Below are positions 9,582 through 19,735 of a DNA stretch of 64,000 nt, piece by piece. Under the pieces are notes generated by a model that worked only from the letters and a program-made list of their open reading frames with translations, did no database searches and was not told the origin of the DNA. The stretch is taken from positions 64,001-128,000 of the forward strand of contig JBILLK010000009.1 in the NCBI GenBank assembly GCA_044376115.1. Direction: 5' to 3'. Position numbers and translations under genes: made by a program. Each line of letters begins with the position of its first letter. Positions within the stretch are counted from its first letter, which is position 1. The stretch is from Polyangiaceae bacterium. Its GTDB lineage: Bacteria > Myxococcota_A > Polyangia > Polyangiales > Polyangiaceae.

Positions 9582-10481
9582 TCAACCTACGAGACTGGTC
9601 TCGATCAGCGCATCGCGGGTGGCTCGCGCAAACGCTTCGTCTCGCTTCTCAATCGCGCCCGCGAAGGTACGGGTCAGATGGTCGATCGCTCGCCAGTGTG
9701 CGCGACTGAACGCATCCGCGTCGACGGGGCCGTAGGCGGTGAAGAAGCCCTCAACGTTGGTAGCTGGGAGCACCTCAAAGGCCGTACTTAGATCGGTTTC
9801 ACGATGTCCGACGTGGACGTCCACCCAGTCGAGCACGCCGGAGAGCCGCCCATCGGCCGTGACCAGCAGATTGCGACCGTGCAAGTCGCCGTGAATCAGC
9901 ACATCAGCGGCGCTCGTCGGGGGGCCGGGCCAACGATCCAACACGCGAAACAGGCGCGAAATCACTTCGCCCGATAACACGCCGTCGTGCTTCCATTGAA
10001 ACAGCTGCTCCCGCGTGCCGCGTCCGCGCCGTGTCTCGTCGAGACGCCCAAGCGAATCACTCGGCAGCTGGCAGCCAAGGCTGCTCGGTGCGAGCTGGTG
10101 CAGGTTCTTGACGAAGTTTCCTAGTCGAACCGCAAAGTCGGGAAGGAGGTCTGCGTCGAGCGCTGCGTCGTAAAACGGAATCCCGGGCACAAACGCGTGC
10201 GCCACGCATTTCCACCCCAGGCTTGGTTCGAACAACGCTACCCGGACCGGCACCGGCAAGCGCGTGGGTAAGCTGGGCGCTAGCTGCGGAAGCAGCGTCA
10301 TTTCGAGCTCGATCGATTCGGCTGCCGCCTGGTTCTTTGGAAAGCGAAAGACCATGCCGGCCGCGGCGATGACGTCGTGATCCCAACCCGAGCCAAGCAC
10401 GTTCACCGCTTCACCCCGAAGATCTGGCCACCGTTCTTCGAGGAATTTGCGCAGCCGCGTGAGGTCGACGGGAGAAACCAT
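9582..10481 (-). CDS. Aminoglycoside phosphotransferase (APH)-family kinase
   Basis: GSGWDH, VFRFP, Brenner motif HGDLHGRN, GVLDW. Confidence 0.85.
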   Translation of the reverse strand: MVSPVDLTRLRKFLEERWPDLRGEAVNVLGSGWDHDVIAAAGMVFRFPKNQAAAESIELEMTLLPQLAPSLPTRLPVPVRVALFEPSLGWKCVAHAFVPGIPFYDAALDADLLPDFAVRLGNFVKNLHQLAPSSLGCQLPSDSLGRLDETRRGRGTREQLFQWKHDGVLSGEVISRLFRVLDRWPGPPTSAADVLIHGDLHGRNLLVTADGRLSGVLDWVDVHVGHRETDLSTAFEVLPATNVEGFFTAYGPVDADAFSRAHWRAIDHLTRTFAGAIEKRDEAFARATRDALIETSLVG

Positions 10482-10494
10482 GGGATCACCAATG

Positions 10495-10526
10495 AAAAAG
10501 GCGAACTCCGTCTCGAAGCTCGCCTT
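10495..10526 (-). terminator. Rho-independent terminator of the RRM gene
   Basis: Minus strand AAGGCGAGCTTCG-AGA-CGGAGTTCGCCTT plus T run. Confidence 0.75.
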
Positions 10527-10593
10527 CTTCCTAACTCATCCCGCGCGCTGCGCGTTCCCTTTCACTCAGCGACGTTTCTCAACCCGGTGGCTG

Positions 10594-11061
10594 TCACCAG
10601 CGCCCGCCGCCACCGCCGCCTCGTCGCCCGCCACGATCGCCACCGCGGTCACCGCGATCGCCACCGCGGTCACCGCGATCACCACCACCGCCGCGATCAC
10701 CACCACCACGCGGGCGACCAAAGCCGCCGCCGCCGCCGCCGCCGCCGAAGCCACCACCACCACCACCACCGCCAAAGCCGCCGCCGCCACCACCTCCGGG
10801 GCCACGGCGCGGCGGACGCTCGTCAGCCGGGTTGACTCGGAGAGCGCGACCTTCCAGGTCTGCGCCGTTCATGCGAGCCATCGCTTGCTCCGCCGCTTCG
10901 GGCGAACCCATCGTTACAAATCCGAAACCACGTGATCGGCCGCTCTCGCGATCCATCACGACATGGGCGTCGACGACCTCGCCCGTTTCACCGAAAGCTT
11001 GACGCAAAATCTGTTCCGTCACGTGAAACGGTAGGTTGCCGACATACAGGCGCGTGCTCAT
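10594..11061 (-). CDS. RRM RNA-binding protein with Gly/RGG-rich tail
   Basis: RNP2 LYVGNL, RNP1 RGFGFVTM; tail GGGG...DRGGDRGDRGG...RW. Confidence 0.93.
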   Translation of the reverse strand: MSTRLYVGNLPFHVTEQILRQAFGETGEVVDAHVVMDRESGRSRGFGFVTMGSPEAAEQAMARMNGADLEGRALRVNPADERPPRRGPGGGGGGGFGGGGGGGGFGGGGGGGGFGRPRGGGDRGGGGDRGDRGGDRGDRGGDRGGRRGGGGGGRW

Positions 11062-11285
11062 CGAGGACTCTCTCTCTTGCGGCCACCACGTTCCTACGCT
11101 TTCCGTCCCGCGACTGCCGCCCACCTCGGAACGGGGCAGGAATGAGGAATCCTCATCCCACACAGTTGAGCGACCGCTTCTCCCCAGCCTTACGAAGGAT
11201 GGAGGTCGCCGAGCCCGCCATTGTGCCCTTCGGGAGTATCGTAGCTAACGCTGGAAAGCAAGGTGCCCGCGAGCACTCGCCCGCG

Positions 11286-11786
11286 TCAACGTGATGGCAT
11301 TCGTGATCGACAGCTTAGGAAAAAGGGCCGTTCCTCCTCCGGCTGGGCCGTGAGCTGCCACGACGCGACGACGCGCGAATCGGAGCTGAACAGCCGCTTT
11401 CGTCGCTGCCCAAGCACCGAAAGCGCTCGTACGAGAAGTCTGGGCGAGTCTGCACTAGCGATGATCTCGCGTTGCTCCATGATCTGTTCAGTCGAGCCCC
11501 AGGCCGGTGTCGCCAGTGCTTCAGCGTTCCAAGTTGCGACCACGAGGGTGATCGCTTCCTCGAGTTCTGCTTGCTCCGGGCGCTCCGGGAGGATCGCTAA
11601 GACCGGAAACCCATAGGCGAGAATCGCTTCCGCGAGCGGGGATACAGGGTCTGCCTTGACGCATCTGAGCTCCTCGAGGGCCTCGAGGATTTCGAGTCGC
11701 TGCGCAGAGGTGACCGCTGGCCCTTCCAGCGTTGAGTCTGCCGCCTGTGTACGATTGATACTATTGACCGAAGCGGAAGATTCCAT
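11286..11786 (-). CDS. Hypothetical protein
   Basis: GGAGG RBS before ATG; fills the intergenic gap; no family recognised. Confidence 0.6.
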   Translation of the reverse strand: MESSASVNSINRTQAADSTLEGPAVTSAQRLEILEALEELRCVKADPVSPLAEAILAYGFPVLAILPERPEQAELEEAITLVVATWNAEALATPAWGSTEQIMEQREIIASADSPRLLVRALSVLGQRRKRLFSSDSRVVASWQLTAQPEEERPFFLSCRSRMPSR

Positions 11787-11894
11787 CGAGCCTCCTTCGA
11801 AACCGTGCTTGCTAGAGTGACGGATCGTTGACGGTCCATCCGTAGGGCTCAGCGTCGAAAGCTTGACGGTCTTCCCCGCGCGAGACGCGAAGGC

Positions 11895-12998
11895 TCAGCG
11901 CTCGAGCAGGATGCGCAACATGCGTCGCAACGGTTCGGCTGCACCCCAAAGCAGCTGATCCCCCACCGTGAAGGCTCCTAGGTAATGCGGCCCCATACGC
12001 AGTTTCTTCAAGCGGCCAAGCGCAACGGTCAGCGAGCCGGATACGGCCTTGGGCGAGAGCTCTGCGAGCGTCGCTTGGCGCTCGTTCTGCACGAGCTTCA
12101 CCCAGGCGTTCTGCTCGCGCAGGATGCCTTCAATTTCGTCGAGCGGAACATCGCGCGTTAGCTTGATGGTCAAGCCTTGGCTGTGACAGCGCATGGCCCC
12201 CACGCGAACGCAGATACCGTCGACGGGGATCTCCGGATCATTGCCGAGGATCTTGTTGCTTTCGGCGTGGCCCTTCCACTCCTCGCGCGTTGCGCCCTCG
12301 CCTACGGCCTTGTCGATCCAAGGCAGCAGGTTGAGTGCCAGCGGCGCGCCAAACTCGGCTTGCGGAAGGGCGGCGTCTGCGAGGGCCTCGGCGGCGGCGC
12401 GGTCAATCGTGAGGGCGCTCTCCGCCGCATTCGACAAAACCGATTGCGTTCGCTCGGCGACGAAACCGAGCTGCAACAAAAGCTCCCGCATGTTCTTGGC
12501 GCCGGCGCCGGAGGCCGCTTGATAGGTCATGCTGCTGACCCACTCGACCAAGCCGCGCTGGTAGAGCCCGTGGATCGCCATCAGCATCAGGCTGACGGTG
12601 CAGTTTCCACCGATGAAGTCCTTGTGTCCCTTCGCGAGCGCGGAGTCGATCTGCGCGCGGTTGACCGGGTCCAAAATGATGGTGGCGTCTTCGGCCATAC
12701 GCAGCGTGGAGGCCGCATCGATGAAGTAGCCGCGATAGCCTTGCTTGCGCAGCTCCGGGTGCATCTGCGTGGTGTAGTCACCGCCCTGACAACTGACGAT
12801 CACGTCGAGCTTGAGCAGCTCTTCGATCGAAAGCGCCGAGAGAATAGGCTCATTGCCGAGCGGAGCTTGCCCTCCGGACTGGGAGGTGGAAAGGAAGACC
12901 GGCTCGATCAGCTCGAAGTCGCCTTCGGCGCGCATTCGCTCGACGAGGACCGAGCCGACCATGCCCCGAAAGCCAATGATCCCGACGCGTTTCTTCAT
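11895..12998 (-). CDS. asd: Aspartate-semialdehyde dehydrogenase
   Basis: GFRGMVGSVL, CQGGDYT, GGNCTVSLMLM, YQAASGAG, MRCHSQ, VGDQLLWGAAEPLRRML. Confidence 0.96.
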   Translation of the reverse strand: MKKRVGIIGFRGMVGSVLVERMRAEGDFELIEPVFLSTSQSGGQAPLGNEPILSALSIEELLKLDVIVSCQGGDYTTQMHPELRKQGYRGYFIDAASTLRMAEDATIILDPVNRAQIDSALAKGHKDFIGGNCTVSLMLMAIHGLYQRGLVEWVSSMTYQAASGAGAKNMRELLLQLGFVAERTQSVLSNAAESALTIDRAAAEALADAALPQAEFGAPLALNLLPWIDKAVGEGATREEWKGHAESNKILGNDPEIPVDGICVRVGAMRCHSQGLTIKLTRDVPLDEIEGILREQNAWVKLVQNERQATLAELSPKAVSGSLTVALGRLKKLRMGPHYLGAFTVGDQLLWGAAEPLRRMLRILLER

Positions 12999-13070
12999 CG
13001 TGATTGCAACGAAGCACTCCTTCCGCGAGGCGGCAAGTTCCGTCCCCATGCTGCAGAGGAAGGCGGCCCA

Positions 13071-14039
13071 ATGATCGACGACGCAAGCTTCGCGCGCGCC
13101 GTTTCCTTGCGCGCAGATTTGATCGCGCAGCCGGGCGACCGGGCGTTTCGCCTCTACGATGGCCCTCGGGAAGGTGAGCCCGGGTCGCCGACGGTCGAGG
13201 TCTTCGGCAAGACCGCCGTCACCTTCGTCCGCTCGAGCGAAGTAACCGCCGAGGAGAAGGCCAAGCTCGTGGCGACGTTGCAGCAGGCCCTACCAGGCCT
13301 CCGTGCCGTCGTTTGGAAGCAGAAGGGCGCTTTCGACACCGGCACCGTCGTGTTCGGTAGCGAACAAGACGTCGCTCGCCGCGTTGAGGAAGCGTCGATC
13401 AAGTACTGCGTGCGGCTGCTCGCCCACCACGACGCCACCTTCTTCCTCGATACAGCGCTATTGCGTGCGTACCTGCGGGAAACGGGAGCGGGAAAGAGCG
13501 TGCTCAACCTGTTCGCGTACACTGGCAGTCTGGGCGTCGCTGCAGCCGCTGGCGGAGCGCGCGTCGTCAACGTCGACAAGAACCGCATCTTCCTCGATCA
13601 AGCCAAGACCTCCTACGGCATGAACGGGCTGCACATCGAGCGGGTGCACTTCAAGGCCGAGGACTTCTTCGTGGCTTCACGTGGCCTGCGCAAGAGCGGC
13701 GCCGCCTTCGATCAGGTCGTGGTCGATCCGCCGCCCTTCGCCGCCGGCAAGTCGGGCGTCGTCGATGTGGTGAACAACCTCCCGGCGCTGCTCAACAAAG
13801 TCCGGCCGTTGGTCAAAGACGGCGGCGAGCTGATCGTCGTCAACAACGCGCTTTTCGTTTCGGGCGAGGAGTTCCTGCAGAAGATCGCCGAGGTTTGTGC
13901 AGATGGTTACGCCAAGTTGGAGCGTACCATCGGCGTCCCGGCGGACTGTCGAGCGCCGCTCGCGCGGCCGCTGCCCTCGGACCCGGCGCCCTTCGAGCAC
14001 CCCACCAAGATCGCCGTACTTCGCCTGCGCAAGAAGTGA
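13071..14039 (+). CDS. Class I SAM-dependent rRNA methyltransferase (RlmI/RlmK-like)
   Basis: FFLD, VLNLFAYTGS, VDPPPF, NN motifs; ATG at 13071 after GAGGAAGG. Confidence 0.85.
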   Translation: MIDDASFARAVSLRADLIAQPGDRAFRLYDGPREGEPGSPTVEVFGKTAVTFVRSSEVTAEEKAKLVATLQQALPGLRAVVWKQKGAFDTGTVVFGSEQDVARRVEEASIKYCVRLLAHHDATFFLDTALLRAYLRETGAGKSVLNLFAYTGSLGVAAAAGGARVVNVDKNRIFLDQAKTSYGMNGLHIERVHFKAEDFFVASRGLRKSGAAFDQVVVDPPPFAAGKSGVVDVVNNLPALLNKVRPLVKDGGELIVVNNALFVSGEEFLQKIAEVCADGYAKLERTIGVPADCRAPLARPLPSDPAPFEHPTKIAVLRLRKK

Positions 14040-14060
14040 ACGACTCGGGAAGCTTCGCCC

Positions 14061-14810
14061 GTGGATGAAGGCTTCGCGCGAACCCTTGCTCTGGTCGAGC
14101 TCGGTTTGGTTTTGCCAACCGTTCTCGCCCTCTCTTGGATCGCGGCGCCTTACGGAAGACATCGTCGCGACGGCTTCGGTCCGTCGCTGCCGGTAAAGAT
14201 CTCGTGGGTGCTGATGGAGGCGCCTGCGGTGGTCGCCTTCGCTTGGGGCTTTATCGCGGCCGGTGCGTCAACGGAGCCCGCTGCGCTTCTGCTGCTGCTT
14301 GCTTGGCAAACCCACTACCTTCACCGCTCCTTCGTCTATCCACTGCGTATCGTTGGCGGCCAAGGCCGAACCTCGCCGGTCCTGATCACTTTGTTGGGCG
14401 CGAGCTTCAACTCGCTCAACGGGCTGGCCAACGGCTTCGCCGCAGGCGTCACACGCGGTTTTGGTCAGCCGATGCTGTTCGCCCTCGGCGCGGTGCTGTT
14501 CGTGGCCGGGCTGGCCATCAACATCCATCACGACAACCTGCTCTTGCGACTGCGCAGAGAGCGAGTTGGCACCGACTATCAGGTTCCGCAGGGCGGGCTC
14601 TTTCGCCTGGTCTCGTGCCCCAATTATTTGGGGGAGCTGATCGAGTGGCTGGGCTTTTTAGCGATGTCGCAGTCGCTCGCGAGCCTGGCCTTCTGGCTCT
14701 ACGCAGTGGCCAATCTTGGGCCCCGCGCGCTCTCGCACCACCGCTGGTACAAGGAGCGTTTTCCTGACTACCCACCCGGTCGCCGCGCGCTGTTGCCCTT
14801 CCTTCTATGA
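14061..14810 (+). CDS. 3-oxo-5-alpha-steroid 4-dehydrogenase (SRD5A-like)
   Basis: APYGRH, WVLMEAP, HYLHRSFVYP, YQVPQGGLFRLVSCPNYLGELIEW, NLGPRA..HHRWY..RF.DYP..R.ALLPF. Confidence 0.9.
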   Translation: MDEGFARTLALVELGLVLPTVLALSWIAAPYGRHRRDGFGPSLPVKISWVLMEAPAVVAFAWGFIAAGASTEPAALLLLLAWQTHYLHRSFVYPLRIVGGQGRTSPVLITLLGASFNSLNGLANGFAAGVTRGFGQPMLFALGAVLFVAGLAINIHHDNLLLRLRRERVGTDYQVPQGGLFRLVSCPNYLGELIEWLGFLAMSQSLASLAFWLYAVANLGPRALSHHRWYKERFPDYPPGRRALLPFLL

Positions 14811-14883
14811 GCCACTCGGCCGAACTCAGGCTCTCGGCCCGTGATGGGTTCACGCCCCGTCGCGGCAGTGGCATCAACTTCGT

Positions 14884-15432
14884 ATGGCCCCTGTGAACAT
14901 CTCTCAGCCTGGTGGTGGCGGCGGCGGTGGTGGTGGACGCAATCGCAGCGTGCAAGAGCGCATGCTGCGTTGTCACGACAAGATCCGGCTGTTCTTGGAC
15001 GTCGCGCAACGAGTCGTCCAGCGCGAGGGAGATGAGCAGCAGTGCCGGGATGGCGCCTACGATGTGGCTCGCTACTTTCGCGAGAGCTTTGCCGATCACG
15101 TAGCCGACGAGAATCTGAGCGTGTTTCCTCGCTTGGCTGGGCTTGCCGAGCCGGCCCTGGCCTTTGCCGATCGGGCGATCGCCGAGCACGTGCGTGACGA
15201 GCTTTTGGTAGGCGAGCTGGTTGCTCTGTGCGACCAGCTCGCGCTCGCTGAGGCAGACTCGGCGCGCGTTCGCTTGGCCGCCGTGCTAGCCGAGCTGACG
15301 CCGCGTCTCTTGGATCACCTCGCCTTCGAGGAGGAGTTCCTGTTCCCGCTCTTTACGGAGTTGGCGCCAGAGGAGGAGGCCGCGATGTCGAAGGAGATGT
15401 TCGAGCGGCGGGACGCCCGGCGCGGGCCGTGA
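14884..15432 (+). CDS. Hemerythrin/HHE domain protein
   Basis: CHDKI, HVADE...FP, AEH, HLAFEEE.LFP. Confidence 0.8.
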   Translation: MAPVNISQPGGGGGGGGGRNRSVQERMLRCHDKIRLFLDVAQRVVQREGDEQQCRDGAYDVARYFRESFADHVADENLSVFPRLAGLAEPALAFADRAIAEHVRDELLVGELVALCDQLALAEADSARVRLAAVLAELTPRLLDHLAFEEEFLFPLFTELAPEEEAAMSKEMFERRDARRGP

Positions 15433-16481
15433 GCATGCGCGTGCGCGACGCGTTGCACTTCCTTGTGCTCCTCGGCGCGCTCGTTGCCTGCGCCGATGAG
15501 GCTCTTTCGCCAAGTGAGGTTGGCCCGTCGCCATACGGTGGGAGCTCTGTCGGCGGGGAGTCCGCGGACAGCTCCGGGGCGGCTGGGCACGCAGGCGTTT
15601 CGCCCGTGTATCCCCCACCGACCGAACCCGACGCCGTTCGCGTCGTCGTGCTCGGAGACGCGGGGACAGGCAGCGCCGATCAATTCAAGGTCGGCCAGGC
15701 CATGGGCGCTGTCTGTGCATCGCACGGTGGCTGCTCGTTGGCGCTCTACCTGGGCGACAACATCTACCCGATAGGCGTCAGTTCAACGGCCGATCCGCAG
15801 CTGCAAACCAAGTTCGAAGACGTCTATTCGGACCTGGATTTTCCGTTCCAGGTGCTGCTCGGTAACCACGACTACGGCGGCGGTTTCGATCTGGCCCGTG
15901 CTCAAGCCCAGGTTGACTACAGCGCTGTCAGCAGCAAGTGGAGCATGCCCGGCCGCTACTACGCCTTCTCCCTCGTTGGTGCGACGTCCAGTGCATCGCC
16001 GTTGGTCGAGTTCTTCATGCTCGATACGCAGCATCTCGTCGTCACCGGGGATCCTGAGCAGACCGCCTGGGCCGAGAGCGCGATGGCCGGCTCCTCTGCG
16101 CGTTGGAAGATCGCTGCTGGCCACCACCCTTACAAGTCCAACGGTTCGCACGGAAACGCCGGCCACTTCGACAATGTGAGTGGCAACGGCGTGGCGTTTC
16201 AAACTTTGGTGCAATCGTCGATGTGCGATCGCGTCGATCTCTACTTGGGCGCCCACGATCACAATCGTCAGTGGCTCGCTCCAGAGTGCGGCGTCGAGTT
16301 TACGGTCTCAGGCGCGGGAGCCACCGTGCGCAGTCTGCCGGGGGACAACCCGACGCTGTTTGAGAACTCTGAAGACCTCGGCTTTCTGTTTCTGCAGCTG
16401 AGTGAAAGGCGCATCCTCGGCACTTTTTACGACGCCGACGGCTTTCCGCAGTTCACCCGCGCGATCGAAAAAACGCGCTAG
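15429..16481 (+). CDS. Purple/tartrate-resistant acid phosphatase-type metallophosphoesterase lipoprotein
   Basis: Lipobox LVAC; GD.G, GDNIY, GNHD, GHHP, AHDH. Confidence 0.88.
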   Translation: MSMRVRDALHFLVLLGALVACADEALSPSEVGPSPYGGSSVGGESADSSGAAGHAGVSPVYPPPTEPDAVRVVVLGDAGTGSADQFKVGQAMGAVCASHGGCSLALYLGDNIYPIGVSSTADPQLQTKFEDVYSDLDFPFQVLLGNHDYGGGFDLARAQAQVDYSAVSSKWSMPGRYYAFSLVGATSSASPLVEFFMLDTQHLVVTGDPEQTAWAESAMAGSSARWKIAAGHHPYKSNGSHGNAGHFDNVSGNGVAFQTLVQSSMCDRVDLYLGAHDHNRQWLAPECGVEFTVSGAGATVRSLPGDNPTLFENSEDLGFLFLQLSERRILGTFYDADGFPQFTRAIEKTR

Positions 16482-16491
16482 GCTGCGCGCC

Positions 16492-18129
16492 ATGGATTTC
16501 GTCTTTCAAGAGATGTTCCCGCTGGCCAAAGACACAACGCCTTACCGTCTGCTCACCCGCGACTACGTGAGTTCGTTCGAGGCGAACGGTCAACGCTTCT
16601 TGTCGGTGGATAAAGAAGGCATCCGCCTGCTCACGTTTGAGGCGATGAAAGATATCGCCCATCTGTTGCGCCCGGGGCACCTCGCGCAATTGCGCAAAAT
16701 TCTCGATGATCCTGAGGCCTCGGCCAACGACAAGTTCGTCGCCTTGGATCTGCTCAAGAACGCCAACATCTCCGCTGGCTTCGTCTTGCCGATGTGCCAG
16801 GACACCGGCACGGCGATCATCAAAGCCAAGAAGGGTCAGTTCGTCTTCACCGGCGGTGGTGACGCTGCGGCGATCTCTCACGGCGTTTTCGACACCTACA
16901 CCAAGACGAGCCTGCGTTATTCGCAGCTGGCGCCGATCTCGACGTTCGTCGAGAAGAACACCAACACCAATCTCCCGGCCGAGATCGAGATCGAAGCCAT
17001 CGACGGGGATGCTTACAAGTTCCTATTCATGGCCAAAGGCGGTGGTTCGGCCAACAAGAGCTACTTGTTCCAAGAGACCAAGGCGCTGCTCAACAAGCCG
17101 AAGCTGCTCGCGTTCGTTGAAGACAAGCTGATGTCGATCGGGACTTCGGCCTGCCCTCCGTACCACCTGGCCCTCGTGATCGGCGGTACCAGCGCGGAGA
17201 TGGCGCTGAAGACGGCCAAGCTCGCCTCGGCCCGCTACTTGGATGGCCTGCCGACCGAGGGCAACGCGCTCGGCCACGCCATTCGCGATCCCGAGCTGGA
17301 AGAGGCCGTGCTGCGTGTGACGCAGAACTCCGGGATCGGCGCGCAATTCGGCGGCAAATACTTTTGCCACGACGTGCGCGTGATTCGCCTGCCGCGCCAC
17401 GGCGCATCGTGCCCCGTGGCTCTCGCGGTCTCCTGTTCGGCCGATCGGCAGGCGCTCGGGAAGATCACCTTTGACGGCATCTTCCTCGAGGAGCTCGAGC
17501 GTGATCCCGCGCACTACCTGCCTGAGCCCAAAGCGGAGGAGCTCGCGAGTGAAGTGACCAACATCGATCTGAACCGGCCGATGTCGGAGGTGCGCGAGCT
17601 GCTGAGCAAGCTACCCGTCAAGGCGCGCGTCTGTCTCAGCGGACCGCTGGTCGTTGCGCGCGACATCGCCCACGCCAAGATCCAAGAGCGGCTAGCCGCG
17701 GGCGGTGGCATGCCCGAGTACTTGAAGAACTATGCCGTCTACTACGCCGGCCCGGCCAAAACCCCGGAGGGCATGGCCTCCGGCTCATTCGGACCAACCA
17801 CCGCAGGCCGCATGGATTCCTACGTCGATGAGTTCATGTCGCACGGCGGCAGCATGGTGATGCTGGCCAAAGGCAACCGCTCCAAGCAGGTGACCGACGC
17901 TTGCAAAAAGTACGGTGGGTTCTATCTCGGATCGATCGGCGGTCCGGCGGCGCGCTTGGCGCAAGACTGCATCACCAAGGTCGAGGTGCTCGAGTATCCG
18001 GAGCTCGGCATGGAAGCCGTTTGGAAGATTGAAGTTCGTGACTTCCCAGCCTTCGTCGTCGTCGATGACAAGGGTCACAGCTTCTTCGATGACGTCGGCA
18101 AGAAGGGCTCACTCCCAGTCGTGAAGTGA
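16492..18129 (+). CDS. fumA: Fumarate hydratase class I (Fe-S)
   Basis: [48 protein letters not shown]. Confidence 0.96.
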   Translation: MDFVFQEMFPLAKDTTPYRLLTRDYVSSFEANGQRFLSVDKEGIRLLTFEAMKDIAHLLRPGHLAQLRKILDDPEASANDKFVALDLLKNANISAGFVLPMCQDTGTAIIKAKKGQFVFTGGGDAAAISHGVFDTYTKTSLRYSQLAPISTFVEKNTNTNLPAEIEIEAIDGDAYKFLFMAKGGGSANKSYLFQETKALLNKPKLLAFVEDKLMSIGTSACPPYHLALVIGGTSAEMALKTAKLASARYLDGLPTEGNALGHAIRDPELEEAVLRVTQNSGIGAQFGGKYFCHDVRVIRLPRHGASCPVALAVSCSADRQALGKITFDGIFLEELERDPAHYLPEPKAEELASEVTNIDLNRPMSEVRELLSKLPVKARVCLSGPLVVARDIAHAKIQERLAAGGGMPEYLKNYAVYYAGPAKTPEGMASGSFGPTTAGRMDSYVDEFMSHGGSMVMLAKGNRSKQVTDACKKYGGFYLGSIGGPAARLAQDCITKVEVLEYPELGMEAVWKIEVRDFPAFVVVDDKGHSFFDDVGKKGSLPVVK

Positions 18130-18160
18130 TCGCTAGCCGTTCAACTTCGGTCGGCCGCGC

Positions 18161-19687
18161 TCACTCCGTTTCGAAGGAGACGCCTTGCGCGAGCGGAAGG
18201 TCCCGGCCGAAGTTGACGGTGGAGGTCTGCCTTCGCATGTAGGCCTTCCACGCGTCGGAGCCGGATTCACGGCCGCCGCCGGTGTCCTTCTCACCGCCGA
18301 AGGCGCCGCCAATCTCGGCGCCGCTGGTGCCGAGGTTGACGTTGGCGATGCCGCAATCGGAGCCCCACGGTGAGAGGAAGGTCTCGGCCGATCGCACGCT
18401 ATCGGTGAAGATCGCGCTGGAGAGCCCTTGCGAAACGGCGTTGTTGGCAGCGATCGCCTCGTCCAGCGAATCCACGCCGAACACGTACAGGATCGGCGCG
18501 AAGGTCTCTTCCCAGGCGATCGGGAAGTCGGCCTGACGAGGGGCGCGCAGGATCGTTGGCTGCACAAAATTTCCCTCGAGCACCTTGCCGCCTGCGATCA
18601 AACTTCCTCCTTGTTCGAGCGCCCGTGCAACGGCCGACTTGAAGCTCTCCACCGCCTGCGCGTGAATGAGCGGCCCCATCAGCGTGCTGGCTTCAGTCGG
18701 GTCCCCAATGCGCACGCTGGCGTAGGCCTTGATCAAGCGACGTTCGAGCTCCTCCTGAATGCTGCGTTCGACGAAGACGCGCCGCGTGCTGGTGCAGCGT
18801 TGCCCTGCGGTGCCCACCGCTCCGAACGTAATGGCGCGCACGGCCAGAGCCAGATCGGCGCTCTTCTCGACGATGATGGCGTTGTTCCCGCCGAGCTCGA
18901 GGATGGTTTTGCCCAAGCGACCACCGACCACGGCCGCCACCTGCTTGCCGGTCCGCACTGAACCGGTGAACGAAATCAGCGGAACGGCCGGGTCGGCCGC
19001 CATGGCTTTTCCAACCTCGGCGCCGCCGACCGCCAGGCTGAATAGGCCCGGCATAGCAAACTCGCGCATCACCTGCTGACACAGCGCGTGCACCGCGAGG
19101 GCGCACAGCGGCGCGTGCTCCGACGGCTTCCAGATGGTTGGGTTGCCGCAGATGGTGGCGAGAGCGGCGTTCCAAGCCCATACCGCCATCGGGAAGTTGA
19201 AGGCCGTCACGACACCGACCGGCCCGAGCGGATGCCATTGCTCCATCATGCGATGGCTGGTCCGCTCCGACGCGATGGTCAGCCCGTGAAGCTGACGCGA
19301 CAAGCCGACCGCAAAGTCGCAAATGTCGATCATCTCCTGCACCTCGCCGAGACCCTCGGAGCGGATTTTGCCGACCTCCAGCGTGATGCAAAGACCGAGA
19401 TCTTCCTTGTGCTCGCGCAGCAATTCACCGAGGCGACGCACCATGTCTCCACGTTTGGGCGCGGGCAGTTTGCGCAGCTCGAGGAAGCACTGGCTGGCGC
19501 TCGCGCGCAGGGCCTCGTAGTCGCTCACGGCGGCCTGCTGGAGCTGAACCAGCTGCTGCCCGTTGCTCGGGTTTTCGGAACTCAACGCCGGGCCTGCTGC
19601 CGCGAGGAATTCGAGGGAAGCTGCGCCTGAGAGGGCGCTGTTCGTCGAGAGGCCGAGCCGAGCGAGGAGGGCGGGGATAGCGGACAT
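18161..19687 (-). CDS. Aldehyde dehydrogenase family 7 (alpha-aminoadipate semialdehyde/P6C dehydrogenase-like)
   Basis: GEVQEMIDICDFAVGLSRQL, AFNFP, LELGGNN, GTAGQRCT, SGAEIGGAFGGEKDTGGGRESGSDAWKAY. Confidence 0.92.
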   Translation of the reverse strand: MSAIPALLARLGLSTNSALSGAASLEFLAAAGPALSSENPSNGQQLVQLQQAAVSDYEALRASASQCFLELRKLPAPKRGDMVRRLGELLREHKEDLGLCITLEVGKIRSEGLGEVQEMIDICDFAVGLSRQLHGLTIASERTSHRMMEQWHPLGPVGVVTAFNFPMAVWAWNAALATICGNPTIWKPSEHAPLCALAVHALCQQVMREFAMPGLFSLAVGGAEVGKAMAADPAVPLISFTGSVRTGKQVAAVVGGRLGKTILELGGNNAIIVEKSADLALAVRAITFGAVGTAGQRCTSTRRVFVERSIQEELERRLIKAYASVRIGDPTEASTLMGPLIHAQAVESFKSAVARALEQGGSLIAGGKVLEGNFVQPTILRAPRQADFPIAWEETFAPILYVFGVDSLDEAIAANNAVSQGLSSAIFTDSVRSAETFLSPWGSDCGIANVNLGTSGAEIGGAFGGEKDTGGGRESGSDAWKAYMRRQTSTVNFGRDLPLAQGVSFETE

Positions 19688-19735
19688 GATGGACCGTTAT
19701 CGCCGATCGAAAGGCTCGGCTACGACGAATGCGCG

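Noticed and set aside
12177..13070. N-terminal extension making a 620-aa methyltransferase ORF
   Set aside because: Antisense to asd; the real start is probably the ATG at 13071 with an RBS.
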